Assembly (NCBI RefSeq): GCF_026210795.1
Contig: NC_089433.1
Span: 4,030,001-4,094,000, forward strand
Source of the DNA: Rhizophagus irregularis
Lineage: Eukaryota
DNA: 64,000 bases
Direction: 5' to 3'
Shown here one piece after another: positions 25,813-38,499 of this stretch (positions are counted from its first letter, which is position 1; the number at the start of each line of letters is the position of its first letter). The position numbers and the translations under genes were made by a program. Below the pieces are notes generated by a model. The model was not told the origin of the DNA. It worked only from the letters and a program-made list of their open reading frames with translations, and did no database searches.

Positions 25813-27332
25813 ATGTCATCACAATTTCTTTCAAAGTTAAGTCAAAATTATATTGAATTATTAGAAGATAATGAATATTACGATATTACGATTGAAGCTG
25901 GAGAGGATCCTAATGTAAAAATCCTTCGTGCTCATATGAATATTTTGTGTTACCGTTCTTCATATTTACGGCGAACTTTGACCTCATATAAAAAAAATAA
26001 GGATAATGTTTTAGCTCATATTAAATTACCAAACATATCGCCTGAAACCTTTCAGATTATTTTAAAGTAAGTTAATATACAATAAAAATTTTATATAATA
26101 CCATATCCTCAAATTTTCAAATATTCAAATTCGAAATTCAAATTTATTGTATAGGTATATTTATGGTGGTATTCTCTCATTGAATGAACAAGACACTTCA
26201 GAGATATACAAAATTTTATTAGCTGCGGATGAGCTGCTTCTTCAAGAGCCAATTGATTATTTGCAAAAATATTTCATTGAAAATAAATCTGAATGGATGG
26301 AACAACATTTTGAACTTATTCATAGAACAAGCTTTCAATCCAATTCTTTATTAGAGATTCAGCAATTTTGTACGGATTTTATGGCAAAATCTCCAGAGAA
26401 AATATTTAAATCACTTGACTTCACTTCGCTTCCTGAAAAATCTTTAGTTCAACTTATTAAAAGAGATGATTTACAAATGAAAGAAATTGATGTTTGGGAA
26501 CATGTGTTAAAATGGGGACTTGCACAAAATCCTACACTTCTTCCAGATCCTAATACTTGGTCAGATGATGATTTCAAAACAATGGAAAATACTCTACAAC
26601 ATTGTTTACCTTTAATCAGGTTTTTTAGTTTATCATCCAAAGAATTCTTAGAAAAAGTTCATCCTTTTAAAAACCTTTTAAACCGTCAGCTTTACAAAAA
26701 TTTATTAAATTCCCATTTGGATCCTGAGAGTGAACCAACCGATGATATTTCATTTCCTAGAATTATTAAAAATGATGGAATTATCGATTCAAAAATTGTT
26801 AATAATTTAAATATCATTTCAACAATTTCAAGAAGAATTGATAAAATGGTAATTAATAATAAATTTGATCATCTAAGAGGATTATATTTACCTTACGAAT
26901 TTCAATTATTATTAAGAGGAAGTCGAGATGGATTCACTCCTAAAAAATTTCATCAATTATGTGATGGTAAGCAATACTGTTACCTTTATTAAAGTAAAAG
27001 GAACAGAAGAAATTCTTGGTGGATACAATCCTGTGAAATGGGAATCTTCTGGATGGGGTAAAACTAAAGATAGTTTTATATTTTCTTATAAAAACAACTT
27101 TATTAAAGATATAATTATTAGTAGTATAGTAGATACAGAGTATGCATTTCAAAACCATACTATCCTTGGTCCATATTTTGGCAGTGATATTATTATTATG
27201 AATGCTAGTACTGAATCTGCAGATTATAATAATATTCGGTGCAGAAAATACTATTATGAAAAAAAGATAAGAGATACCGAAGAACAATTTTCAATAGAAG
27301 ATTATGAGGTGTATCAAATCACGAGGAGATAA
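25813..27332 (+). pseudogene. BTB-BACK-TLDc copy 4, single frameshift near 26971
   Basis: Exons 25813-26066 and 26155-; apparent 2-nt loss at GGT AAG C|AAT ACT splits TLDc into ORFs ending at 26992 and 27332. Confidence 0.82.
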
Positions 27333-27774
27333 ATACAGTATATACATATAATATCTATAATTATTTGATTCGTATACATTTGAAACAAAAATAAAACTGA
27401 TCTCACAGAAATTAAAGAAAAAATGCATATATCCATTATATTTCGTCTGTTCAGTTATAAGTTATAGCTATTGCAACTAGTATAAAGATAATTCTTCCTA
27501 ACTTTTACGGTCTTTAACTTCCCGTTCAATTCTTTTATTTGCTTAATTTAGAATTTCATTGATATTAAAAGTTTATAATTTATCACCTCAAATAAAGAAT
27601 AAGAAATTTAAGTAAGTCAAATTTATCGTAATTCTTAAATACCATATACACTTACCATTAATGTTACATACTGTAAAAGACTTAACCTTGTAAAAAGACA
27701 TAAGGTTTAAAATAGAATTATTATTATGATTGTATTGAGGCTTCACGTCTTCAAGATTAATTATGTTCGATATT

Positions 27775-28035
27775 GTTTTAGCTCATATTAAATATCACCA
27801 GGAATAAGATATATACAACAAATCCATATGTAATACAGTAACCTCGAATTTTCAAATATTCAAATTCGAAATTCAAATTTTTTGTATAGGTATATCTATG
27901 GTGATATTCTTTCATTAAGTAGACAAAACACTTCAAACTATTACTAGTTGCGGATAAGCTGATTAATTGATTATTTACAAATATTTCATAAATAAAGCCA
28001 AATTGATGAAACAATGTTTTGAACTTATTCATGGA
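27775..28035 (+). pseudogene. BTB gene fragment (end of exon 1, intron, start of exon 2)
   Basis: gttttagctcatattaaat...caaattcgaaattcaaattttttgtataggtatatctatggt...tttgaacttattcat matches copies 4 and 5. Confidence 0.8.
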
Positions 28036-29124
28036 ATTAGGAATTAGCTTATTAATTCTTTTTTCCATTTTCCGTCCGTACTTAATTTCAATATCATTTT
28101 CGACTTCGATGCCTTTCATAATTTGATTTATATTATCTTTCAATATGAAGGTATTTTTCTATTCTTCAGGAGGTGTAGAATTTAGAGCTCCTATAGTACA
28201 ACTATTAATTAAATTGTTTAGTTCTGCTTTTATTGCAATTAGAGTATTGGGTAAATTGTTACTTCTCTTTTCCAATGAGAATGTTGCTTTAAATTTTCAG
28301 TATCTGTTTCTGTATTTATACCATTTTAATATAATTTATCGTTTTATATATATTTTCAACTTTTTGGTTTTTCATAAATTTTAATGCTTTGCTTCATGAT
28401 TTTGTGAATTTTCTTTGACATCTTGTAATAAATTATTAATTCCTTCTTCTTTATCTGCTAATTCATGAAATGTTTCTGCAGATACTATTATCTTTCTGAT
28501 TGCTATAGTTGATAATTCATTTAATCTGTTAAATATTCATTAAATAAGCGAATTCAGTTATCTTGATCGGAGATATTTGTAAACAGCACTTTAACTTCAT
28601 GGCATTTTCAATTTATAATAATTTCAATATTTATAATTTCTTCTTCTATTCTAAATTTAAACTCTTAGATAACTCTTAAATCTTAATTTATCCAAATCAT
28701 AATTTGGTAACTGAATAAGTAAATTATGGATATATTTTTTTTGATTTTAAATCTGAATAATTGTTACTTGTTAGCTCCAATAATGATTTTTTCAGCTTCG
28801 GTTATTAGTTCTCTTACAAGAAAGTTTATTTTAAATAATTATATTTTAATACTATTAATATTCTTTTGTAATCATCTGAAATTTGAGATAGTAATGTAGA
28901 TATTTGATAACATTTATGCTTCGATTTTTTGATAACATTATAAAATATTTAGTTTTAATTAATAACATTTTCATAATGATCATCTGACTTTTGTCTATAT
29001 ATAAATGATCTTTTCAATCATAATTCTGAATTGTGAATTCTTTCTGCTAGATTTTTTATCAATTGTTTATTATTAAATAAATCTAAAATGAAGAATTTTT
29101 AATTATGTTTAGTGAACTTTTCTA

Positions 29125-29252
29125 ATTTTGTAAGAAGCGTCTCAATATATTCTCCTTCAATAAATACAATTTTATCCTTTCCATCAAAAGAAATAATTCA
29201 TGGCGTTAGATTAAAAGAATTTTCTTCATGCATTTGTATTTACAATTTTCAT
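29125..29252 (-). pseudogene. 5' relic of a paralogue of the Cys-rich kinase
   Basis: EENSFNLTP..ISFD..CIY matches kinase DENSFDPTP..ISFD..CIYC; upstream 29253-29430 resembles the kinase upstream DNA. Confidence 0.7.
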
Positions 29253-30306
29253 TTTATTATGTTAGTTACTATGTTATAAACAAGTACCGATAAGATAATA
29301 AATTAACGTATATAGTATTTATTTATACATTATCAGGAGTTTGAACTTTATGTTGGTGATATGGAAAGTATAACGATAACGTGATTAATGCATTCGCTTT
29401 TATCATTTTACTTATTTAGTTGCGATGCATAAGAACAACCAGCCTTTTCAGTATGGGCTTGGCTGTTGCATAAGTACTATTACTTTTGGACTTAGCCATT
29501 TTGGTTACCAAAAAATTCTTTGTCCGTAGACTAAATTCAACATTGTTTTAGATGTTAACGTAATTATTAAACATTTCAGCATAAAAGATAATGATGGAAA
29601 ATATAAATTAACAAGAAAGAAATCGGAAAAAAAAAGAAGCCATTATTTATACAAAAATGAAAAATAAAAAATGACTTTACCATATTTGCTGTACTGATAA
29701 TTTTTTAATCCTGATCGTCACTATAATAATATTAGTACGCTAACTAATCCTAATGATAGTATAATATTTTATTAGAACGGGCCATATCGGTCTTCGACCG
29801 AGTTTAAGCTAGAAACAAGGATTATTATTCATAATATAGTTACTGTAAATAATAAAAAAAAGTAGACAATTTATTCATTAAAACGTATAATAAATGTTAT
29901 ATAATTATTATATTTGCAATCTCTAGTACATGTTACATTATTTTTATTTTTTGATAATGAAAAAAGTATGATAAATATTATTGAAAAACATATGCAGATA
30001 ACGAAATATTTTAATTATATAATTTTATATATAACTGGAACTAGTTTAAACTCGTTTTCCTACTTTTAACTATTTTTTAAATTTTAATTAAATAAATACA
30101 TATTAATGTAAATATTAAAACAAATAAAAAAACAAATAAAATAAAATAACATCAAGTACCATTATTATCATAAGTTTCAACATTTTCATTTCTTCTTTTT
30201 TTTAAAGTTGAAAAGTTTTGAATTGTAGAACTTTAAATTTTGTGATGAGAAAATTAATTGGAATTCAAACAATTATTATGTCATTTAAATCATTTATTTT
30301 AAATAC

Positions 30307-32599
30307 CTTTCAGTGTCTATGTCAAGCTCTAATTCTTCTGATATATAATTAGAATCTAAAGCAATAGAATTTAAATTTTGTGATGATAAACTAAACGAAC
30401 AAATTAATAGATTCAAATAATTAGTTAGTTATTTAAAAGCAAAAAATCTTTTTTTTGCTATCTTAAATACCTTTTATTGTCTATGTCAAGCTCTAATTCT
30501 GCTGAGATATAATTAAAATCTAAAGGGTATAACATATATCTTATAAATCATATATATAATATTTTTAAACTCTTTTCATAATACTGTATCTTACCAAATA
30601 AATATGAATAGGTAGATGAACATTTAGAAATTAAAGCACTTAATGGCCTACTTATATAAATAGCTTCCGAGTGACATTTTTCAGCAAATTCAGGACCAAT
30701 CATCTTTGTTTCTATCAGTTTCTCTCTTTTTACTTCAGCTTGTTCAAATTCTGATTTGAACTCTAAATCATAATTATAACTTTTAATCATGTCTTTTAAA
30801 GACGGTCTTTTTTTTGGATCGGGATCCCAACAACGTTTCATAAAATTGGCATAACTTTCTGGTGTGTCTTCCGTAATTTTGGGTCGTTCTCCATCAAGAA
30901 TTTTATAAATAAGATTATGATCGTGTTTAGCATTTGCAAAAGGTTTACAACCTGTTGTAAGCTCCCACATAATCATACCCAAACTATAAATATCAGCTTC
31001 TTTTGAAAATGCAGACTTTTTAAATATTTCTGGTGCAATATAAGGTATAACTCCATATATTTCATTATTTGATGATCTATCATTTACAGCTTGTGATAAT
31101 CCTAGATCCCCAATTTTCCATAATGAAAATCTTAAATTTTCTAGTAATATATTTCCGGTATGGAAATCTCGATGTATAAATTCATTACTATGAATACTTT
31201 CAAGTCTAAATTAAAAAAAAAGTAAATAACTTAAATTTTAGAATATAATGAATACATTAAAAATATAAGTACCCTGTTAAAATCTCCTTTAAAATATTTA
31301 ATTTTTGAAACCACGTAATATTTGTAAAATTCTTTTGTAAATGCTTATGTAAATCTCCTCCTGACGCATATTCCATAACTAATATATAATTATTTGATTC
31401 AGAGTCTTTTGTAAAGCCATAAAAATTAATTATATAACCATAAGTTAAGCCATTGAAACAATGACGAATCGATTTTAACTATAAAATTTAAAGATTTTAA
31501 TTAAGGATTAAAGGTTAAATTGCCTAATTAAAATCTTAAAAATATTTACCTCATTTAAGAAATATTTAGAATTTTTAAATCTTTTTAAAATGACAATTTT
31601 ATTCTTAGGTAACCAAGTTGCTTTATATATAATACCATATCCACCTTTTGTCATTTTTTCTACACCTTCAAATTGAGAATATGGTATATACTTAAGACGA
31701 TAATTTGAACTAATCCGTGATAGTGCTAATGGATTAAAATATTTATCAATGGCATTTACACTATTTGCAATATTATCAAAAAGTGAGCTGTCGTATATAA
31801 TATCATTAAGAAAGAGATCATCATTATCTTCATTGCTCTTTACAATAAGTGATATTCTCTTACATTTTTTACATTGAGATTGACCTGTAAGTCCAAAAAT
31901 AATGTTTGTTGTTAAACAGTATCTGCATCCAGTATAAAATATAAGACAATTTGCACAATGCTTTTGACATTCTGACGTAAATATTAATTTTGAGCGACAA
32001 TTTGCACAATACGATTCATCTTCCCACAACGGTGAGTGAAAAATTAAAACTTGCTTTTTAAACAGAGTTGATTCTATCCATTCAAATGAAACCAGATAAC
32101 AATCTGAGCATAATTTAAATGTACTCATAATATCTTTAACTGTTCCTTGATATAGTGACTTTCCACATAATTTACAATTTTTTTCACTTTCAATCACTTT
32201 ATTGTATATCGATTTGTTGTGATTATCAAGATAATAAAGACAATATCTACCTATTTGTTTAAAACATAAAATTCTCACACAATTTTCACAGCATTCTTGA
32301 ATATTTTGTAGTACTTTTGTTTTACCTACTTCATGTTCATTACATTCCAAGTCTAATGTGCCATATATGTCCAGGCATATATTGTTATCTCTTATATCAG
32401 TAATATAGCGTGATAAACATTTTTTGCAATATTTTTGTGAACAAAAAAGCGCTCTAATATATTTTTCTCCACAATAAATACAATTTTTATAAAGCCTATC
32501 AAAAGAAATAAATTTAATCGGTATGTGACTAGATTTTAATCTTGGTGTTGGGTCAAAGGAATTTTCATCATTTATATTTATAACTTTTGCAAGCTGCAT
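30307..32599 (-). CDS. TKL-like protein kinase with CxxC-rich N-terminus; exons 32599-31550, 31478-31273, 31205-30595, 30519-30471, 30390-30307; final exons uncertain (to ~30050)
   Basis: KGGYGIIY, VILK, LVMEYASGGDL, HRDFHTGN, DLG, YIAPE, DIYSLG, CWDPDPKKRP; GT-AG introns join in frame. Confidence 0.88.
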
Positions 32600-32699
32600 T
32601 TTATTATATTAATTATTATACAGTACTATGTTATAAACAAGTATCGATAATGAATTTTAAAAATCTGAACGTATTTTATTTACAATTTTATTTATATCT

Positions 32700-32973
32700 G
32701 AATGATACAGTTTGTGATACAGAAAGTATTTCTAGATTTCTCATGGATTACGGAATGTTCATTTTAAACCTAGAAGTACTTTATCGAAGAGCAAATGCAT
32801 GATAGTAATACAATTAATTAATGCATCGTCGAATGATACAGTTTGAATAGAAATTTCTGTCAGTGATACAGAAAGTATTTCTAGATTTCTCATGGATCAT
32901 GGAATGTTCGTTTTAAATCTAGAAGTACTTTATCGAAGAGCAAATACATTATAATAGTACAATTAATGCATCG
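32700..32973. repeat. Tandem duplication (~130-145 bp unit) upstream of the kinase
   Basis: gaatgatacagtttg...gatacagaaagtatttctagatttctcatggat...ctagaagtactttatcgaagagcaaat occurs twice. Confidence 0.85.
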
Positions 32974-34354
32974 GCTTTATTATATTTACTTACTTAGTTG
33001 AGATGCACCAGCAGAAGTATATTTTAAGTATGGCGTAATTATTAGGTATTTCATCATAGAAGATAATGAAGGAAACAAAAATGTTACACAAATTAAGAAA
33101 GGAAATTAATAAAAAGTTAAGGAAATCAATGAACAATGATAATTTGAGTAATAATGAATATAAGAATTCTAAACGACTAAAAAATTTTTTCATTCAAAAG
33201 CTCATCATAATAAATGATATTATAAATTGAATCAATTAAATACTCTAAATTTTCGTAAGTTAATACCGGAATTTCAGGATTTTCACTAAAGCAATAAATA
33301 TCATTTAAGGGTACCTCAAAATGACCAATATACTCATTATACTGTAGCAAAAAATTATTTGTAATACCAATTTTTATGCTACCGCTAATATACCTTTTTA
33401 ATATTTAAACTAGTGGATTCTGATGTGTGGTGACTGTCAACAGTGTTTGTGTCCGGTTAGTATCCGGATAAAAAAAATTCCGCACCGTTAAGAATTTTCA
33501 TATCCGGTTATCTGATAAAATATTTTTTTGCAAAATAATCCGTGATCATCGCGGATGGCTAATGGTTTGTATCCGGATAAACCTAATATCCAAAATTGAG
33601 TACAGTAATTGAGAATAGTTTTTATTTTTTTTTTTATTATTTATTTTATTGACGAACGTTAACTAACATTCGTACTTCTTTTTTTTATATTGATGTTATA
33701 CGAGAAATATTATACGATTAACTATATTAACGATTCTGTAGGATACGAAAATGTTGTACAAATAATATTATAAAGTAACTGACGCGAAATAAAATATAAG
33801 ATTTTGACGTGAATACAAATATACTGTATATTGTTACCAATTGCTTTTTAGTAAAAATGTTTAGTATAAAGGCGAGAATATATTATAGGTTCATGCTATC
33901 TTTGTCAAGAGTGGTTACACTGTAATAAAAACTGCAGTACAAAAAAATGTAAATGCAAAAAAAACAGAACCACCAGAAATTAAAAAGGTGTTTCAAAGAA
34001 ATATTATACACGCAATTTTAATCCAAGTAATTTGCGTTGAATCAATAACCGAAAAGCGAACTTTTCTCGCAACAGCTCACCGATGCGCTCTTTTCTTTGT
34101 TCAGCAATCGCCCAATTATCTCTTCGTGCATCTGACTCATTACTTAAGGCGTAACCTCAACAAAAACCGTATAACTCTTGCCAATTAAATGAGTTAACAT
34201 GTAAAAATGAATATTATGGATCAAACATAAACTGAATTTAACTTTTCTTTGTGCCCTAAACGTCATATCAAATTTATACGCCTAGGTAAACAGTAAACAT
34301 ACTTTGCCTAAAGGCTAAAACACAATTTATTAATGTATCAACTGCAGAAGATAC

Positions 34355-34420
34355 AACGCCAACTGTTGATGAAGTACCGACTGTTGATGCGACACCAACT
34401 GCTGATGCGACACTAACTCA
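34355..34420 (+). repeat. 18-bp tandem repeat (~3.5 copies)
   Basis: ccaactgttgatgaagta-ccgactgttgatgcgaca-ccaactgctgatgcgaca; reads PTVDEV-PTVDAT-PTADAT. Confidence 0.75.
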
Positions 34421-34643
34421 ATTAGTATGATTGTATGAGAGAATGGAAGGAATATAATAATAATAAAAAAGTAGTCACAATTAAAAAAAGTAAATCATTA
34501 AATTCTAAGATTATCAATGACGCAGTAAACTTAATTTTTATTGTGAAACGAGTTACAGAGCACAACATTTAAATGTATAACATTTAAATTGAAGCGATAA
34601 CCATTTAAAACTTAACTTTCTTTATTTTATCTAAAATAACTAA

Positions 34644-36167
34644 ATGTCTACTCAATTTTTTTCAAAATTAAGCAAAAATTATATTGAATTATTAGAAGAC
34701 GATGAATATTATGATATTACAATTGAAGTTGGAGAGGATCCTAATGTAAAAATCCTTCGTGCTCATATGAATATTTTGTGTTACCGTTCTCCATATTTAC
34801 GACGAACTTTGGCTTCTAATAAAAAAAATAAGGATAATGTTTTAGCTCATATTAAATTATCAAAAATATCACCTGAAATCTTTCAGATCATTTTAAAGTA
34901 AGAGTTTATATCAATAAATTTATATATGTAATACCATAACCTCAAATTTTCAAATATTCAAATTCGAAATTCAAATTTTTTGTATAGGTATATGTATGGT
35001 GGTATTCTTTCATTGAATGGACAAGACACTTTGGAAATTCTCAAACTATTATTAGCTGCGGATGAGCTGCTTCTTCAAGAATTAGTTGATTATTTACAAA
35101 AATATTTCATCGAAAATAAAACCGAATGGATGGAACTACATTTTGAACTTATTCATAGAACAAGCTTTCAATCAAATTCTTTATTAGAAATTCAACAATT
35201 TTGTACGGATTTTATGGTAAAATCTCCAGAGAAAATATTTAAATCACTTGACTTCACTTCGCTTCCTGAAAAATCTTTAGTTCAACTTATTAAAAGAGAT
35301 GATTTACAAATGAAAGAAATTGATGTTTGGGAACATGTAATAAAATGGGGTCTCGCACAAAATCATACGCTTCTTCCAGATCCTAATACTTGGTCGGACG
35401 ACGATTTCAAAGCAATGGAAAATACTTTACAACATTGTTTATCTTTAATTAGATTTTTTAGCTTATCATCTAAAGAATTCTTACAAAAAGTTCGCCCTCA
35501 TAAAAAACTCTTAAGACGTCAACTTTATGAGGATTTATTAAATTCTCATTTGGATCCTGATAGTGAACCAACAAACAATGTTACATTTCCTAGAAGTATT
35601 AGGTTTGATGGAATCGTTGAATTAAAAATTGTTAAAAATTTAAATATCATTTCAACCATTTCAAGACGAATTGATAAAATGATAATTAATAATAAATTTG
35701 ATCATTTAAGAGAATCATATTTGCCATACAAATTTCAATTATTGTTAAGAGGTAGTAGAGATGGATTTACCCCTAAAAAGTTTCATGAATTATGTAATGA
35801 TAAGCATGATACAATTACCTTTATTAAAGTAAAAGGAACGGATGAAATTTTTGGAGGATATAATCCGATAATATGGAATACTTCTGATTCGTGGGGAAAA
35901 ACTAAAGACAGTTTTATTTTTTCATTTAAAGATAATAATGTTAAAGATGCAATTATTAGTAATATAAGAAATACATCTTGTGCTGTGCATTATTACTATA
36001 CAAATGGTCCATGTTTTGGCAGTGACATTATTATAGGTGCTAGTAGTGAGTCTGTAAATTATAATACTATTAAGTGTAGGAAATTCTACTATGAAAAAAA
36101 AATAAGAGATACTGAAGATTCGTTTTTAATTGAAGATTATGAAGTACATCAAATCACAAAGGGATGA
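34644..36167 (+). CDS. BTB-BACK-TLDc copy 5; exons 34644-34897, 34988-36167 (477 aa)
   Basis: Intact frame, conserved intron and motifs. Confidence 0.92.
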
Positions 36168-36984
36168 GTTTCTTCATATTGAAGTAACTATAATATTGAT
36201 TTCGTTTGAAAATGATAAATCTTTGCAGAAACCCATGATTTGCTACTATGCGGTTAAGTTTTCGTTATCAATTTGATTATCCAACATGTGACGACATGGT
36301 ATCAGCCGATGATCTCGTGAAACTATCGATGAAATGAAAGTTTTCTTATAATTTATGTGCGCAATTTATTGTTGGTGTTGGTAAAAAAAAAATATTATTT
36401 TAATAAAAAAACATTATTTTCTTCATAAGAATTTATCATTTGTAATTTTCTTATCATATAATCTAATCATACTATGGTTATAAGGAGTAGATCATATTGA
36501 CTACATATTACAAGCCACAATTAGCTAATTCATATTATTAGTTTATATAAATTAATGTAACAAATATGACCCATATGTGATCTTTATTTTTTTTCATAAT
36601 AAGACAACTGTCAAGGCACTTTAAATGTCGATATAATAAGTCCGATATTACGTTCCTTGTTTCACAATCCCACATTACATTCTGGTCGAATCAATTGATC
36701 ATCATCCAGAATTTTTTGATTTGTAATCATTTGTAATCATCCGGACCCATGACTTCTGCCGTTATTGCATGGAACCCGAGCTAATTTCACATCGGATTCA
36801 ATGGGAACCTGGGCGAAAATTAGTATAGTCTTCAGTGAAATGATAATTATCAAGAATTGACATTTTGGTTCAATTCTAAGTGATGATCAATGACGTAATA
36901 AATTTAAATTTTTATTGTGAAACGAGATACGAAGTACAATATTTAAACTGAAACGCTTTTTTTTTTAAAAAAAAAAGTCAATCA

Positions 36985-38499
36985 ATGCCTACCAATTTTT
37001 TTTCAAAATTGAGCCAAAACTATATCGAATTATTAGAAGATGATGAATATTACGATATTACAATTGAAGTTGGAGAGGATCCCAATGTAAAAATCTTTCG
37101 TGCTCATATGAATATTTTGTATTACCGGTCTTCATATTTACGACGAACTTTGGCTTCTAATAAAAAAAATAAGGATAATGTTTTAACTCACATTAAATTA
37201 TCGAACATATCACCTGAAATCTTTCAGACTATTTTAAAGTAAGTTTATATACATAATGTGAATACTATAATTTCGGTATATTCAGATATTTAAGTTCGAA
37301 ATTTAAATTTTTCGTATAGGTATATTTATGGAGGCGTTCTTTCATTAAGTGGACAAGACGCTTTGGACATTCTTAAACTATTATTAGCTGCGGAAGAGCT
37401 GTTTCTTCAAGAATTAATTGATTATTTACAAAAATATTTAATTGAAAATAAAACCGAATGGGTGGAACAACATTTTGAACTTGTTCATAGAAAAAGCTTT
37501 CAATCAAATTCTTTGTTGGAACTTCAACAATTTTGTACAGATTTTATGGCAAACTCTCCAGAGAAAATATTTAAATCTCTTGATTTCACATCACTTCCTG
37601 AAAAATCTTTAATTCAACTTATTAAAAGAGATGATTTACAAATGAAAGAAATCGACGTTTGGGAACATGTATTAAAATGGGGTCTCGTGCAAAATCCTAC
37701 ATTTCTTCCCGATCCTAATGACTGGACAGATGATGATTTCAAAACAATGGAAAATACTTTACAGCAGTGTTTACCTTTAATTAGATTTTTTAGTTTATCA
37801 TCCAAAGAATTCTTAGAAAAAGTTCATCCTTTTAAAAACCTTTTAAACCGTCAGCTTTACAAAAATTTATTGAGTTCTCATTTGGATCCCAATAGCGAAC
37901 CAACTGATGATATCCCATTTCCTAGAAACATCAAAAATGATGGGATTATCGATTCAAAAATTGTTAATAATTTGAATATTATTTCAACAATTTCAAGACG
38001 AATTGATAAAATGGTAATTAATAATAAATTTGATCATTTAAAAGAATTATATTTACCATATAAATTTCAATTATTGTTAAGAGGTAGTAGAGATGGATTT
38101 ACTCCGAAAAGATTTCATGAATTATGTGATGATAAGCATGATACAATTACCTTTATTAAAGTAAAAGGAACGGATGAAATTCTTGGAGGATATAATCCGA
38201 TAATATGGAATAATTCCAATTCGTGGGGAAGAACTAAAGACAGTTTTATTTTTTCTTTTAAAGATAATGATGTTAAAAATGCAATTATTAGTAATATAAG
38301 GAATACATCTTACGCTGTGCGTTATTACTATCAATTTGGTCCATATTTTGGCTATGACATTATTATAAGTGCTAGTAGAGAGTCTGTAAATTATGGTGAT
38401 ATTTGGTGTAGAAAACGCTATTATGAAAAAAAGATAAGAGACACTGAAGAACAGTTCTCAATGGAAGATTATGAAGTACATCAAATCACAAGGGAATGA
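36985..38499 (+). CDS. BTB-BACK-TLDc copy 6; exons 36985-37238, 37320-38499 (477 aa)
   Basis: Intact frame, conserved intron and motifs. Confidence 0.92.

Noticed and set aside
36730..36830. Possible H/ACA snoRNA (two weak hairpins)
   Set aside because: No convincing H box or ACA tail; stems imperfect.
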